Positions 18,134-29,329 are shown, counted from the stretch's first letter. The stretch: 64,000 bases of DNA from an uncultured Bacteroidales bacterium (GCA_963700275.1 CAVOWZ010000011.1:452144-516143); one strand, 5' to 3'. Program-made: numbers and translations. Notes: generated by a model not told the origin, from the letters alone.

Positions 18134-19825
18134 ATGAATTTTCAAGATATACTTCAGGTTGTATTCCTGTTTGGTATTTTGATCATACTGACACCTTTGA
18201 CGGGTAATTATATGGTCAGCGTATTTTCGGGCAGCAATCAGTTAATGCTGTCAGGACCGGGTTGGCTTGAAAAGCATGTTTATAAGTTCTTAAGAATAAA
18301 TCCTGATGAAGAAACAGACTGGAAAACCTATACATATAGTCTTTTGTATTTAAATCTGACAGGTTTTGTTTTCCTGTTCATGATACAGATTTTTCAGGCA
18401 TATCTACCCTTCAATCCTGCAGAGCTTCCAAATATATCATGGCATTCATCATTCAATACATCAATAAGTTTTGTTACAAATACCAACTGGCAGGGTTATG
18501 CCGGAGAGACAACCCTAAGTTACTTTGTGCAAATGGCCGGGCTTACTGTTCAGAATTTCCTGAGTGCAGCAACAGGAATGGCAGTCTTACTGGCAGTAAT
18601 AAGGGGATTCTCCCGGAAGACAAGCGGTAAAATTGGTAATTTCTGGGTAGACATCACACGCATCATATTATACATTTTATTACCACTATCAATTCTCACG
18701 GCTATTTTTCTGGTCAGCCAGGGTGTCATTCAGAATTTTAAGTGTTATGAGACAATCCGCACCATACAGGGTTCAGAGCAGGTAATTCCTATGGGCCCGG
18801 CAGCATCACAGATTGCAATAAAACAACTTGGCTCAAACGGAGGTGGGTTTTTCAATGCAAACAGTGCACATCCTTTCGAAAATCCTACCCCACTAAGCAA
18901 TTTCATTCAACTGCTGACAATTTTATTGATTCCGGCTGCATTAACCTTTGCCTATGGGAAAATGGTCGGTTCGATAAAGCATGGCTGGACAATATTTATA
19001 GTTATGTTTATTCTTCTTTTTACCGGATTATTGTTTTCCCTTTACGCTGAGTATTCAGCCAATCCGGTATTCGGGCACATACCGTTAATGGAAGGCAAAG
19101 AGACCCGGATTGGAATTACGAACAGTATACTTTGGTCAGTATCAACCACAGCAGTATCAAATGGTTCTGTTAATGCAATGCATGACAGTCTTTCACCGGT
19201 TGCAGGGATGATTGCTATGATAAACATATTGACAGGTGAAGTTATTTTTGGCGGTGTGGGTTCAGGATTATACGGGATGGTGATATTCATTGTCCTAACT
19301 GTATTTATTGCCGGATTGATGGTAGGCAGGACACCTGAATATCTTGGGAAAAAAATAGAATCATTTGAAATTCAGATGGCGATTCTGGCTGTACTGATCC
19401 CTAATCTGGCAGTACTTCTGTTCTCGGCATTGGCCGCGATCAGCTTTTCAGGTGTATCAGGGATAAATAATCCCGGACCACATGGTCTGTCGGAAATATT
19501 ATATGCTTATGGTTCAGCAGCCGGGAACAATGGCAGTGCTTTTGCCGGACTTGACACAAATACTGTATTTTATAATGTTACTCTTGGTGCCGGAATGCTG
19601 TTGGGCCGTTATGGAGTAATTATACCCGTATTAGCAATGGCCGGAAAAATATCTGAAAAAAAATATACACCCTATTCCGCAGGTACATTCCGTACAGATA
19701 ACTGGCTTTTCGTAGTATTGTTAATTACAATTATCCTGGTTGTTGGCGGATTAACACATTTTCCCGCATTAGCACTTGGCCCTGTTATGGAACAACTGTT
19801 ATTGATAAAGGGTGTTACATTTTAA
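18134..19825 (+). CDS. kdpA: K+-transporting ATPase subunit KdpA
   Basis: 563-aa polytopic ORF with KdpA selectivity-filter-like segments ([24 protein letters not shown]). It is the first gene of the kdp operon. Confidence 0.95.
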   Translation: MNFQDILQVVFLFGILIILTPLTGNYMVSVFSGSNQLMLSGPGWLEKHVYKFLRINPDEETDWKTYTYSLLYLNLTGFVFLFMIQIFQAYLPFNPAELPNISWHSSFNTSISFVTNTNWQGYAGETTLSYFVQMAGLTVQNFLSAATGMAVLLAVIRGFSRKTSGKIGNFWVDITRIILYILLPLSILTAIFLVSQGVIQNFKCYETIRTIQGSEQVIPMGPAASQIAIKQLGSNGGGFFNANSAHPFENPTPLSNFIQLLTILLIPAALTFAYGKMVGSIKHGWTIFIVMFILLFTGLLFSLYAEYSANPVFGHIPLMEGKETRIGITNSILWSVSTTAVSNGSVNAMHDSLSPVAGMIAMINILTGEVIFGGVGSGLYGMVIFIVLTVFIAGLMVGRTPEYLGKKIESFEIQMAILAVLIPNLAVLLFSALAAISFSGVSGINNPGPHGLSEILYAYGSAAGNNGSAFAGLDTNTVFYNVTLGAGMLLGRYGVIIPVLAMAGKISEKKYTPYSAGTFRTDNWLFVVLLITIILVVGGLTHFPALALGPVMEQLLLIKGVTF

Positions 19826-19835
19826 TCCGGTGTAT

Positions 19836-21914
19836 ATGGCAACAAGACAAAGTTTAAGTTTTTTGAACAGAAAGCTGATAATGCAGGCTTTAAAATGCAG
19901 TTTTATAAAGTTGAATCCCTCGTTGCTTATAAAAAATCCTGTAATATTCATAGTGGCAACAGGTTCAGCTGTTAATTCAATAATTGTAATAGCAGGTATT
20001 ATAAAGGATAATTTTTCCTCTTTTGATCTTCAGATCACACTCTGGTTATGGTTTACAGTATTATTTGCAAATTTCTCGGAAGCAATTGCCGAGGGTAGAG
20101 GTAAAGCTCAGGCTGAGAGCCTGCGTAAAAGCCGTCAACAGGTAAGAGCCAGGAAAATTGAGGGGGAAAGAGAAACAGAAGTATCTGCAACAGAACTCAG
20201 GAAGGGGGATATTGTAGTATGTGAAGCCGGGAGTCTGATCCCCGCGGATGGTGAAGTTATCGAAGGTATTGCCAGCGTTGATGAATCAGCTATAACAGGT
20301 GAATCAGCCCCTGTGATCCGTGAAAGCGGTGGTGATCGTTCAGCCGTAACGGGGGGTACCAGAGTGATAAGTGACAGGATAGTCATCCGTATAGTATCTG
20401 AACCGGGAAGGACATTTATTGACCGGATCATCACCATGGTAGAGGGAGCAAAACGACAGAAAACACCAAATGAAAAAGCCTTATCAAACCTTTTAATTGG
20501 TTTGTCAGCTATTTTCCTTCTGACAGTCATTGCTCTTCCGGCCTTTTATGAATACAGTCTGAACGCATCCGGCAGACAGATATCTCAAAACCTTTCATTT
20601 CCGGTTTTGATTGCCTTATTGGTCTGTTTAATACCAACAACAATTGGCGGTTTGTTGAGCGCTATCGGGATAAGCGGCATGGACAGGCTTATACAAAGAA
20701 ACGTTATTGCTTTAAGTGGTCATGCTGTTGAGGCAGCCGGAGATGTTGATGTTCTTTTACTGGACAAAACAGGAACTATCACTTTCGGGAACCGGATGGC
20801 TGTTAATTTTATCCCGGCAGAAGGTATTACTGTCAGCGAGCTTGCTGATGCAGCTCAGATTTCTTCACTTTCTGACGAAACACCTGAAGGACGCTCTGTT
20901 GTTATTCTTGCAAAAGAGAAATATAAAATACGCAGCCGGGACGTACAACAACTGAATGCTACATTCATTCCGTTTACGGCAAAGTCGAGGATGAGCGGAG
21001 TAGATATTAATAGTGCTGATGGTAATATTCAAAGAATCAGGAAAGGGTCATCTGAAGCCATCCGGACATTTGTTCAGAATAATAATGGATATTATTCCCG
21101 GAATATAAAAGATATTGTTACCGGGTTATCGCAACAGGGCGCTACACCTCTGTTAGTAGCCAGGGATAACAGTATATTAGGGATAATTGAGCTCAAAGAT
21201 GTTATCAAAGGCGGAATAAAGCAACGGTTTACAGAACTTCGCAAAATGGGGATCAGAACTGTTATGATCACCGGTGATAATCATTTAACTGCTGCAGCAA
21301 TTGCAGCGGAGGCGGGAGTGGACGATTTTATGGCTGAGGCAACACCTGAAGATAAGCTGCAACGTATACGTCATGAACAGGCAAATGGTCATCTGGTAGG
21401 TATGATAGGAGATGGTACAAATGATGCACCGGCACTTGCACAGGCAGATATAGGTATTGCAATGAATACAGGGACGCAGGCAGCCCGCGAAGCAGGAAAT
21501 ATGATTGACCTCGACAGCAATCCGACAAAACTTATCGAGGTGGTGGAAGTGGGGAAACAACTACTCATTACCAGGGGTTCACTTACGACATTCAGCATAG
21601 CTAATGATGTTGCAAAATATTTTGCTGTAATACCAGCCATATCTGTTTCGCTTTACCCTGATCCTTCAGGCATCGGACCTCTTGCTGCATTGAATATCAT
21701 GAATCTCGGGTCACCACAGAGCGCTATCCTCAGCGCTGTAATATTCAACGCGCTGATAATAATTTTTTTGATACCTCTTGCCCTGAAGGGTGTCAGGTAC
21801 AGGCCGGTCTCAGCCGGCGTGGCTTTAATGCGTAACCTTCTTTTCTACGGACTGGGAGGTATCCTGGCTCCTTTTGCCGGAATTAAGATCATTGATTTTC
21901 TGATAAATCTTTAA
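19836..21914 (+). CDS. kdpB: K+-transporting P-type ATPase subunit KdpB
   Basis: P-type ATPase motifs DKTGTIT, MITGDN and [10 protein letters not shown] are present. The ORF track start at 19812 overlaps kdpA. I prefer the ATG at 19836 (MATRQS...), but the start remains uncertain. Confidence 0.93.
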   Translation: MATRQSLSFLNRKLIMQALKCSFIKLNPSLLIKNPVIFIVATGSAVNSIIVIAGIIKDNFSSFDLQITLWLWFTVLFANFSEAIAEGRGKAQAESLRKSRQQVRARKIEGERETEVSATELRKGDIVVCEAGSLIPADGEVIEGIASVDESAITGESAPVIRESGGDRSAVTGGTRVISDRIVIRIVSEPGRTFIDRIITMVEGAKRQKTPNEKALSNLLIGLSAIFLLTVIALPAFYEYSLNASGRQISQNLSFPVLIALLVCLIPTTIGGLLSAIGISGMDRLIQRNVIALSGHAVEAAGDVDVLLLDKTGTITFGNRMAVNFIPAEGITVSELADAAQISSLSDETPEGRSVVILAKEKYKIRSRDVQQLNATFIPFTAKSRMSGVDINSADGNIQRIRKGSSEAIRTFVQNNNGYYSRNIKDIVTGLSQQGATPLLVARDNSILGIIELKDVIKGGIKQRFTELRKMGIRTVMITGDNHLTAAAIAAEAGVDDFMAEATPEDKLQRIRHEQANGHLVGMIGDGTNDAPALAQADIGIAMNTGTQAAREAGNMIDLDSNPTKLIEVVEVGKQLLITRGSLTTFSIANDVAKYFAVIPAISVSLYPDPSGIGPLAALNIMNLGSPQSAILSAVIFNALIIIFLIPLALKGVRYRPVSAGVALMRNLLFYGLGGILAPFAGIKIIDFLINL

Positions 21915-21926
21915 ATCTGCTGCCAC

Positions 21927-22499
21927 ATGAAGACCCTGATGATTTCAATCAAAGCATTTATCCTTTTTACCATTTTAACAGGATTTTTTTATCCAATTCT
22001 TATTACGGGAGTGGGCCAGATATTGTTTCCGGTGAAATCCAACGGGAGTATTGTAACTAAAAATGGTAAGAAAACTGGTAGTGCGCTTATAGGGCAGAAA
22101 TTTGACAGTCTGGCGTACTTCTTCACACGGCCTTCACATGTATCATATAACCCGATGCCATCAGGGGGATCTAATTTTGGGCCGACTAATCAGAAGCTAA
22201 GGGATATAGTTTTTGAACGCAGAAATATGTTCATATCTGTCAATTGTTTGGATACTCTTACCAAAGTACCATCAGAGATGATTTTCGCATCAGCTTCAGG
22301 CCTTGATCCGCATATCTCGCCGCAGGCTGCCATTTTGCAGGCAGACAGAATAGTAAAATACAGGATGTTTTCGCCGGCTCAGCAGCAAAAATTATTGAAT
22401 CTGATTAATTTTCTTACTGAAAAGCCTCAGTTTAATTTTCTGGGAGAAGAGCGGATTAATGTATTTCTCTTAAATTTAAGTCTCGATAGTATAAAATGA
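21927..22499 (+). CDS. kdpC: K+-transporting ATPase subunit KdpC
   Basis: 190-aa ORF with a single N-terminal TM helix, the motif ASGLDPHISP and the expected operon position. Confidence 0.9.
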   Translation: MKTLMISIKAFILFTILTGFFYPILITGVGQILFPVKSNGSIVTKNGKKTGSALIGQKFDSLAYFFTRPSHVSYNPMPSGGSNFGPTNQKLRDIVFERRNMFISVNCLDTLTKVPSEMIFASASGLDPHISPQAAILQADRIVKYRMFSPAQQQKLLNLINFLTEKPQFNFLGEERINVFLLNLSLDSIK

Positions 22500-25174
22500 A
22501 TGATTCAATTGAAAACCGGCCTGATCCTGACGATATTCTTGCTTCAATTAAGAAAGATGAAGAATCCGGTAAGCGGGGTAAACTGAAGATATTTTTTGGT
22601 ATGTGCGCAGGAGTCGGGAAAACATATTCAATGCTTCAATTTGCTCTGTCCGGTAAAGCAAAAAATCTTGATGTTGTGGCCGGGTATATTGAATCACATA
22701 ACAGAATAGAGATACTCGGACTGGTTGAACGATTAGAGTTGATTCCCCGGAAGGAAACGGAGTACAGGGGAATTGTCCTTCAGGAAATGGATCTGGACAG
22801 GATCCTGGAACGGAAGCCCGGGATTGTTCTGGTTGATGAGCTTGCACACACAAATATTCCCGGCTCCAGGCACCTTAAACGTTATCAGGATGTACAGGAA
22901 ATTCTGGATAACGGAATAAATGTATATACTACTTTAAATGTACAACATCTTGAAAGCCGGAGTGATATTGTGTCCCAGATTACGGGAGTACCTGTAAGGG
23001 AAACACTTCCTGATGAAGTTTTTGAAAATGCCGATGAAATAGAACTTGCAGATATAACACCTGATGAGCTTCTTGCAAGATTGGCAGAAGGGAAGATCTA
23101 TTCTCCTGAACTTTCAGCAGAAGCAGTTGATCATTTTTTCAGAAAGGGGAATATTACAGCTCTTCGGGAGATGTCTCTCAGGATTGTTGCAGACAGGGTT
23201 GATAAACAGCTGAAAGTTTATATGCAGAAGAATCGTATCCCCGGTCCATGGAAATCGGGCATGCATCTTCTTGCCCTTATCAGTCCGAGCCCTCATGCAG
23301 CGAAGCTTATCCGATGGTCAAAAAACCTGTCTTACAGTATGGGGGCAAGTCTTACTGCGTTATATGTAGAAGCCACACGGCCACTGGATGCAAGCCAGAA
23401 GGAGCAACTTTCCGGTAATCTGAACCTGGCGAGGCAGCTTGGCGCAGAAATTATTACAACATCAGGGAATGATCTTGTTGAAACAATTCTGAATGTGGCA
23501 CGCAGGGAGAACATTACTCATATAATAATCGGTAAGCCCGGGGATAGTAATATTTTTTCACTTTTTGCTCCACGTAATCTTTTAAAGAGACTTATCAGAT
23601 ATAGCGGGAATATCGATATTTATGTTTTGGGATCTGAGGTTGAAAGTGATACCCCCCGCACCAGACAACCTTTCTCATTTCCGGTTTTTACAACAGGTTT
23701 ACATCAGTATATACTGGCCACGGCAATAATATTAATTACTTCTTTAATTTGCTTCAGCTTTGCAGAATATCCCGGATATCAATCGATTTCATTTATTCTT
23801 CTCTTTGTTGTTTCCATTCTGGCAACATTTATGGGAATAGGGCCTATCCTGTTAGCTTCTGCCCTGAGCGCATTTATCTGGAACTTTTTTTTCATTCCTC
23901 CCAGATTTACAATACATATTGAAAAGACTGAAGATATACTGATGTTTTGTATGTTTTTTATTATTGCTCTGGTGAACGGAGTCCTGACATCAAGAGTAAG
24001 GCGGCAGGAGAAAATTACCCGTGATCGTGAAGAACGCACAAATGCTCTTTACCAGTTGACTAAAGAATTATCAGAAGCAGAAAATACAGATGAATTAATT
24101 AAGATCGCTACAATAAAAATCAGGAAACATTTCGGGCTCGATATCATATTTATATTGCAGGACGGATTGAATCATTTATCAGAGTATACCCTGAATAATG
24201 ATTTGAAAAAATTATCGGCAGCTGAAATGAGTGTTGCCGAATGGGTATTCAGTCATTCACGCAAAGCCGGTAAATATACCGACACCCTTCCTTCCGGCAG
24301 ATTGACATTTTTCCCGCTTACGGGTACCAGTATAAAACCAGGTGTTATTGTTGTAAGCATGGATGCCCCGGTTCATGGTGAGAAGGAGCAGTTTTGGGAT
24401 ACCTTTCTGACCCAGATTTCAAACAGTATTGAACGCAGGTTCCTGGATGACCTTGCCAGGAGGGCCAGATTCCTGGATGAATCAGATAAGCTGTATAAAA
24501 CTCTTTTTAATTCAATTTCTCATGAATTGAGAATCCCTGTTGCAACTATAATGGGGGCATCCGACTCATTGCTTTCATCAGAGCATACAAACGAAATACG
24601 TTATGAATTATCAGGTGAAATATACAAAGCATCCAAAAGACTGAACAGGCTGATTGAAAATCTCCTGAACATGTCAAGGCTCGAGAGCGGGCGGATAACA
24701 CCAAGGTTTGATTGGTATGATATTCATGATCTGATAAATACAGTATGTGACATCCTCAGTGAAGAGCTCAAACCTTTCAACCTTCACATAGTTATACCTG
24801 ATGAAATGCCACTTGTAAAAATCGACTTCGGTTTAATGGAGGAGGTACTTTATAACATTATTCATAATGCATCACAGTATGCCCCGCCGGCAACCAATAT
24901 AAGGGTCAAAGCATTTTATGACAACGGAATGCTGAACCTTCAGGTAATGGACAGAGGGCCTGGATTCCCGGAGAAAGAAATATCTCTTATATTTAATAAG
25001 TTTTACCGTGTTGAAGGATCCAAACCCGGGGGTACAGGTCTTGGCCTCTCTATTGCAAAAGGTTTTGTGGAAGCCCACAAAGGCACAATAACTGTTGAAA
25101 ACCGAAAAAACGGGGGAGCTAAGTTCTCGATTTTTATACCAACAGAGATTTTTAAGGACGATATAAATGAATAA
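22496..25174 (+). CDS. kdpD: Sensor histidine kinase KdpD
   Basis: 892-aa ORF with an N-terminal KdpD domain carrying a Walker-like GMCAGVGKT motif and a USP-like domain. These are followed by four TM helices, a GAF-like region, an H-box (SHELRIP) and an HATPase domain (GTGLGLSI). It overlaps kdpC by 4 nt. Confidence 0.93.
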   Translation: MNDSIENRPDPDDILASIKKDEESGKRGKLKIFFGMCAGVGKTYSMLQFALSGKAKNLDVVAGYIESHNRIEILGLVERLELIPRKETEYRGIVLQEMDLDRILERKPGIVLVDELAHTNIPGSRHLKRYQDVQEILDNGINVYTTLNVQHLESRSDIVSQITGVPVRETLPDEVFENADEIELADITPDELLARLAEGKIYSPELSAEAVDHFFRKGNITALREMSLRIVADRVDKQLKVYMQKNRIPGPWKSGMHLLALISPSPHAAKLIRWSKNLSYSMGASLTALYVEATRPLDASQKEQLSGNLNLARQLGAEIITTSGNDLVETILNVARRENITHIIIGKPGDSNIFSLFAPRNLLKRLIRYSGNIDIYVLGSEVESDTPRTRQPFSFPVFTTGLHQYILATAIILITSLICFSFAEYPGYQSISFILLFVVSILATFMGIGPILLASALSAFIWNFFFIPPRFTIHIEKTEDILMFCMFFIIALVNGVLTSRVRRQEKITRDREERTNALYQLTKELSEAENTDELIKIATIKIRKHFGLDIIFILQDGLNHLSEYTLNNDLKKLSAAEMSVAEWVFSHSRKAGKYTDTLPSGRLTFFPLTGTSIKPGVIVVSMDAPVHGEKEQFWDTFLTQISNSIERRFLDDLARRARFLDESDKLYKTLFNSISHELRIPVATIMGASDSLLSSEHTNEIRYELSGEIYKASKRLNRLIENLLNMSRLESGRITPRFDWYDIHDLINTVCDILSEELKPFNLHIVIPDEMPLVKIDFGLMEEVLYNIIHNASQYAPPATNIRVKAFYDNGMLNLQVMDRGPGFPEKEISLIFNKFYRVEGSKPGGTGLGLSIAKGFVEAHKGTITVENRKNGGAKFSIFIPTEIFKDDINE

Positions 25175-25185
25175 GGGATAAAACC

Positions 25186-25869
25186 ATGATTTTGTCAGAT
25201 AACATACTGATCATTGATGATGAAATACAGATCAGGAGACTTCTGGAGATAACACTCTCGGCAAATTATTATAATACCCTTTTTGCTTCTAACGGGAAAG
25301 AAGGCCTGGTTGCTGCTGCCACACATAATCCGTCATTAATCCTGCTTGATCTTGGATTACCCGATATTGACGGTATGGAACTTCTTGTTAAACTCAGGGA
25401 ATGGTTTTCCAAACCGATCATTGTTCTGACAGTGAGAAGCTCCGAAGAAGATATAATAAAGGCTCTGGACAGAGGTGCAAATGATTACCTTACGAAACCA
25501 TTCAGAAGTGGTGAGCTGATTGCAAGAATCCGTGCATCAATTAGATTGAGTAAGGAACAAGGCGATAATCCGTTACTTGAAGTTGGATCGCTGAGTATTG
25601 ATATGTTAAACCATATCGTACGTAAGAATGGTGATATTATTAAACTCACAACAACAGAATTTTCTTTATTGGTTCTGCTGGCCAAAAATCAGGGAAGGGT
25701 TCTGACTCACCAGTATATCCTCAAAGAAATCTGGGGTCACGGATATGTAGAGCAAACACAGTATCTGCGTGTTTTTATTGCACAACTCAGGAAGAAAACG
25801 GAAGATAATCCCTCAAATCCGACTCTGCTGATAACTGAATCGGGAATTGGTTACAGGTTTGGGAACTAA
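25186..25869 (+). CDS. kdpE: OmpR-family response regulator KdpE
   Basis: 227-aa ORF with a receiver domain (LILLDLGLPDIDG) and a winged-helix output domain (TTTEFSLLVLLAKNQGRVLTHQYILKEIWG). Confidence 0.92.
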   Translation: MILSDNILIIDDEIQIRRLLEITLSANYYNTLFASNGKEGLVAAATHNPSLILLDLGLPDIDGMELLVKLREWFSKPIIVLTVRSSEEDIIKALDRGANDYLTKPFRSGELIARIRASIRLSKEQGDNPLLEVGSLSIDMLNHIVRKNGDIIKLTTTEFSLLVLLAKNQGRVLTHQYILKEIWGHGYVEQTQYLRVFIAQLRKKTEDNPSNPTLLITESGIGYRFGN

Positions 25870-25947
25870 ATCTGAAGAAACATCTACAAGTGTTTCTGGT
25901 TTATAATCTGTCACGGTAAAAAAAATACTTCAGATATAGGTTGGCTT

Positions 25948-25965
25948 TCTTTATAAAATCTTTAT
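25948..25965 (+). promoter_or_regulatory. Predicted KdpE operator upstream of the trkH-like gene
   Basis: CTTTATAAAATCTTTATA is followed 32 nt later by GATTCCGG (25998-26005) and by TAGATTTG (26008-26015). The latter is an exact TAnnTTTG -7 box, 28 nt before the ATG. Confidence 0.6.
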
Positions 25966-26042
25966 ACCGGGGGGAGAAATTTTTACTTTTTGCTTATGGA
26001 TTCCGGTTTAGATTTGCGGCATGAAATACCGGACGAATCCAA

Positions 26043-27488
26043 ATGAAATTAATCCATCCGCTTATTATTCTCAGGGTCTTAAGTACCATCCTTCTGATTG
26101 AAACAATTTCATTTCTGGTATGTCTGCCGATATCGGTTCTCTACAAGGAATCTCTGTTTCCCTTTTTTGGGCCAGCTGTAATAACATTTGTTTTATACGT
26201 TGTCCTGCGTTTCCTGACCAGGAAAGTTGACACTGAAGAAATAAGCAACAGGGATTCATTTCTGACCGTCACGGCAGCCTGGATATTATACGCATTCTTT
26301 GGATCGTTCCCGTATATCTTTAGTGAAACCATTCCTTCATTTATTAATGCATTTTTTGAATCTGTATCGGGGTTCACAACAACAGGCGCTTCAATACTGA
26401 AGGATGTTGAAATATTGCCTTATTCCATACTTTTCTGGCGCAGTTTTACCCACTGGATAGGTGGATTCGGGATAATTCTGCTTGTAATTCTTATTCTTCC
26501 ATCACTGAAAGTCACCGGCTATCAGCTTTTCAGCCTTGAATCCTCTTTGAAAGAAAAGATACATCCTAAAACCACAGGTGTTGCTTTCAGAATCATGTTT
26601 ATTTACATAAGCCTTACGGTTCTGGAGACACTGTTACTTGTTTTAGGTGAAATGAATCTGTTTGACAGTATATGTCATTCCTTTGGATCAATTGCCACCG
26701 GTGGATTTTCAACTAAGAATGTAAGTCTTATGTTCTATTCACCATACAGCCAGTACATAGTGATGATCTTTATGTTCCTGGCAGGTACAAGCCAGGTCGT
26801 GTATTATTATCTGGTAAAGCGTAATTTCAGGAAGGTTAAACATAATGAGGAATTCTGGTTTTACATAGGTACTGTACTCTTTGCCGGGGCACTGGCTGGA
26901 ATAATCCTGCTGACAAATACTTCAAAACCTGCGGAAGAAGCCTTAAGAGAGGGTTATTTTCAGGTCATCTCAATAATTACGTGTACAGGGTTCGCTAATG
27001 CTGATTTTCTCCTGTGGCCTTCATCAGGATTAATTCTGATATTTTTACTGATGTTTTCCGGCGGAAGCACCGGATCAACAAGCGGAGGGATAAAAATGGC
27101 AAGACACCTTGTCGTTTTGAAAAACCTGAAGATGGTATTTGTCAGGCTTATTCATCCGAAAACTATTCCTGTAATCAGGTTGAACGGGAAAATTGTTGAT
27201 GAGAGAACCAATATTTCAATAATTTCTTTTATAATGCTTTATATCTTCATCTTTTTTCTAGGGACAATAGTTCTTACAGCATTCGGTTCAGATCCTGTCA
27301 CCTCTGCCAGTTCAGTTGCCACGTGTATGGCAGGTATAGGTCCGGGACTCGGAACAGTCGGACCGATGAGCAACTTTTCAGATATACCCGGAATAAGTAA
27401 GATTGTCCTGAGTTTCCTGATGATATTAGGACGATTGGAAATAGTGACAGTCTTTATTCTTTTTGGGAAATCTTTCCGTAGATTATAG
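26043..27488 (+). CDS. trkH: TrkH/KtrB-family potassium transporter
   Basis: 481-aa polytopic ORF with repeated pore-loop glycine motifs (SGFTTTGAS, ATGGFST, TCTGFAN, GGSTGSTSGGIK). Confidence 0.85.
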   Translation: MKLIHPLIILRVLSTILLIETISFLVCLPISVLYKESLFPFFGPAVITFVLYVVLRFLTRKVDTEEISNRDSFLTVTAAWILYAFFGSFPYIFSETIPSFINAFFESVSGFTTTGASILKDVEILPYSILFWRSFTHWIGGFGIILLVILILPSLKVTGYQLFSLESSLKEKIHPKTTGVAFRIMFIYISLTVLETLLLVLGEMNLFDSICHSFGSIATGGFSTKNVSLMFYSPYSQYIVMIFMFLAGTSQVVYYYLVKRNFRKVKHNEEFWFYIGTVLFAGALAGIILLTNTSKPAEEALREGYFQVISIITCTGFANADFLLWPSSGLILIFLLMFSGGSTGSTSGGIKMARHLVVLKNLKMVFVRLIHPKTIPVIRLNGKIVDERTNISIISFIMLYIFIFFLGTIVLTAFGSDPVTSASSVATCMAGIGPGLGTVGPMSNFSDIPGISKIVLSFLMILGRLEIVTVFILFGKSFRRL

Positions 27489-27522
27489 ATTAATCAAAAA
27501 TCAGCATCAACAGCCCCCGGTA

Positions 27523-28146
27523 TTAGCATCCACCAGACGGTTTTTTCTTTGCCTTTGCAGTCACCGGCGGTTTTAAAGCTTTAGATGCCGGAGAGGCGGC
27601 ATCAGTTGAAATGACTCCACCTCCGCCAAGAGCTGCTGCCGCACTTTTGCGGAAATCATATCTGGCAAATTCTTCGTCAGGACTGGTCTGAGAAGGCGTC
27701 ACAGGTGAGAGTATGTTTCCAAACCAGTAGTTAAGGCCCCCTTCCATTACAAAGTTATTTTCATATCCGAGCTGCCGGGTAATCATCCATGCCTGGTTGG
27801 CATAAACCGATCCATTTGAATAGAAGACATTCATATAGGCATCCTGGTTAAGTTTATCAGTATACTCATCAGACAGGAGATTGCTAAGCGGGACATTTAG
27901 TGCTCCGGGCAGGCTGTAATTTTCGAATTCCTCAGGTGTTCTTACATCTATAAGCCTCAGAGAAGGATCTTTCTGGACAAGCATATCAGCCACAACATCA
28001 GGTGAAATAAACTGTACCCCTGCACCGGCTTCCTGAAGAAGTTCATCAGGAGTAAGCCGTGACTGTTTTACCTTATCTGCCGGCATGGCGGCGATGATTA
28101 TCCCGAGTGGGATTATAATAAGTGCAAGTAATTTTAATTGTTTCAT
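27523..28146 (-). CDS. Membrane-anchored rhodanese-like protein lacking the active-site Cys, with a flexible tail ending in Cys
   Basis: 207-aa ORF with a rhodanese fold (LRLIDVRTPEEFENYSLPGALNVP). The catalytic loop reads FYSNGSVYANQAW and has no Cys. The only Cys is the last residue, after a Gly/Ala/Pro/Lys-rich tail (...KAKKKPSGGC*). Confidence 0.7.
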   Translation of the reverse strand: MKQLKLLALIIIPLGIIIAAMPADKVKQSRLTPDELLQEAGAGVQFISPDVVADMLVQKDPSLRLIDVRTPEEFENYSLPGALNVPLSNLLSDEYTDKLNQDAYMNVFYSNGSVYANQAWMITRQLGYENNFVMEGGLNYWFGNILSPVTPSQTSPDEEFARYDFRKSAAAALGGGGVISTDAASPASKALKPPVTAKAKKKPSGGC

Positions 28147-28164
28147 TATAATATTAATTTGATA

Positions 28165-28755
28165 TTAGTATTCTTCCCTTGCGAATTTCTTTTCAGCCCA
28201 CTCAGCTACAACAAACATGCCAAGCGCTGCCAGGATCATTAAAAGTCCGAAGAGACCGTCAGAGATACCGAGTTTGTCACTTATCTTTGGTTCTCCGAGG
28301 TATCTGGCAAGATAAAGTTTCTCCCACCAGCCATAAGTAAAGGCGAAGCCATATACACCGATGAAAAGTCCCCCGATGAAGACCATTGCATCAATTTTTC
28401 CTATTGCTGCCCCGCAGAAGCTTGTTCCCGGGCAGAATCCGCCCATGATAAATCCGACCCCCATTACTACACCGCCAGCGATTGCAGATGTGAGATATGT
28501 CGGGTTGACATAAACGAGATCCAGGTCTATCCATCCAAACAGGCTCATGAACAACAGGCCCAGCATGGCTGTTAATGCGGCTGTGAAAAAGACTTTCAAT
28601 ACCACAGTGTCATAGCCATAAAAGATACCCGCCAGTTTCCGGCTTGATGAGAAGCCCGAACTTTCGAGAACCCAGCCAAAAGCTATACCTATAAAGAAGG
28701 CGAGTAAAAAATTTGTGTTTTCCGATATTATTTCATTTGGTGCCAGTGGTCCCAT
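28165..28755 (-). CDS. YeeE/YedE-family sulfur/selenium-compound transporter component (second half-protein)
   Basis: 196-aa polytopic ORF with the motif GGFCPGTSFCGAAIG. Confidence 0.75.
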   Translation of the reverse strand: MGPLAPNEIISENTNFLLAFFIGIAFGWVLESSGFSSSRKLAGIFYGYDTVVLKVFFTAALTAMLGLLFMSLFGWIDLDLVYVNPTYLTSAIAGGVVMGVGFIMGGFCPGTSFCGAAIGKIDAMVFIGGLFIGVYGFAFTYGWWEKLYLARYLGEPKISDKLGISDGLFGLLMILAALGMFVVAEWAEKKFAREEY

Positions 28756-28772
28756 TGTTTCCTCCTTTTATT

Positions 28773-29309
28773 TTAGATCCAGTTTTTTCTGAAGAAATAT
28801 GCCATTGCAAAGGCGGTTCCGAAGATAGCAATCATTGTAACGAATCCTCCCAGGGAAAGAACTGCCATGCCGCTAAGGGCTGATCCGCTTGTACAACCTC
28901 TTCCCAGCTGTGAGCCGAAGCCAAAAAGCACACCACCTGCCAGTGCGAATATCAATCTTCTGCGTGATGTGATCTTTGGTGAATGTTCTACCTTAAGCTT
29001 AAGCCTGCCCGCCACAGCACCAGAAAGGAAACCACCCACGATTAAGCCGAGCATCTGGAAGACAAGCCACGACTTCATCGGGCTGCCGCTGTGTGATTCG
29101 GCATATTCGGCCATAAAAGGCATGGAACTGATGGCCTCCTTGTTAACGGTCCCGATGGTGGTCGCCACAACGCTTTTTATGGCGCCACTGGCGCCAAGAC
29201 CCCTTCCGGAGACAAAATTTGCAGCAAGCAGTACCAGTCCCAAAAGTACACCGCCAAGGTAGGGATTGAGGTAGCTCCTGCTTTTATTTATACTTATGTT
29301 ATTACTCAT
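28773..29309 (-). CDS. YeeE/YedE-family sulfur/selenium-compound transporter component (first half-protein)
   Basis: 178-aa polytopic ORF with the motif GRGCTSGSALSG. Confidence 0.75.
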   Translation of the reverse strand: MSNNISINKSRSYLNPYLGGVLLGLVLLAANFVSGRGLGASGAIKSVVATTIGTVNKEAISSMPFMAEYAESHSGSPMKSWLVFQMLGLIVGGFLSGAVAGRLKLKVEHSPKITSRRRLIFALAGGVLFGFGSQLGRGCTSGSALSGMAVLSLGGFVTMIAIFGTAFAMAYFFRKNWI

Positions 29310-29329
29310 ATACTATTTGTTTATTATTT

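Noticed and set aside
19812-19835. A kdpB start at 19812 overlapping kdpA by 14 nt
   Set aside because: The extension (MLHFNPVY) has no KdpB-like sequence. The ATG at 19836 gives a conventional N-terminus just after the kdpA stop. The start remains uncertain, so only the start choice was rejected.
28165-29309. Possible split or pseudogenised single YeeE/YedE gene
   Set aside because: Each half has its own ATG and its own conserved Cys motif. The first ends in TAA with a 17-nt gap before the second. The two-gene arrangement of half-size YeeE/YedE proteins is common.
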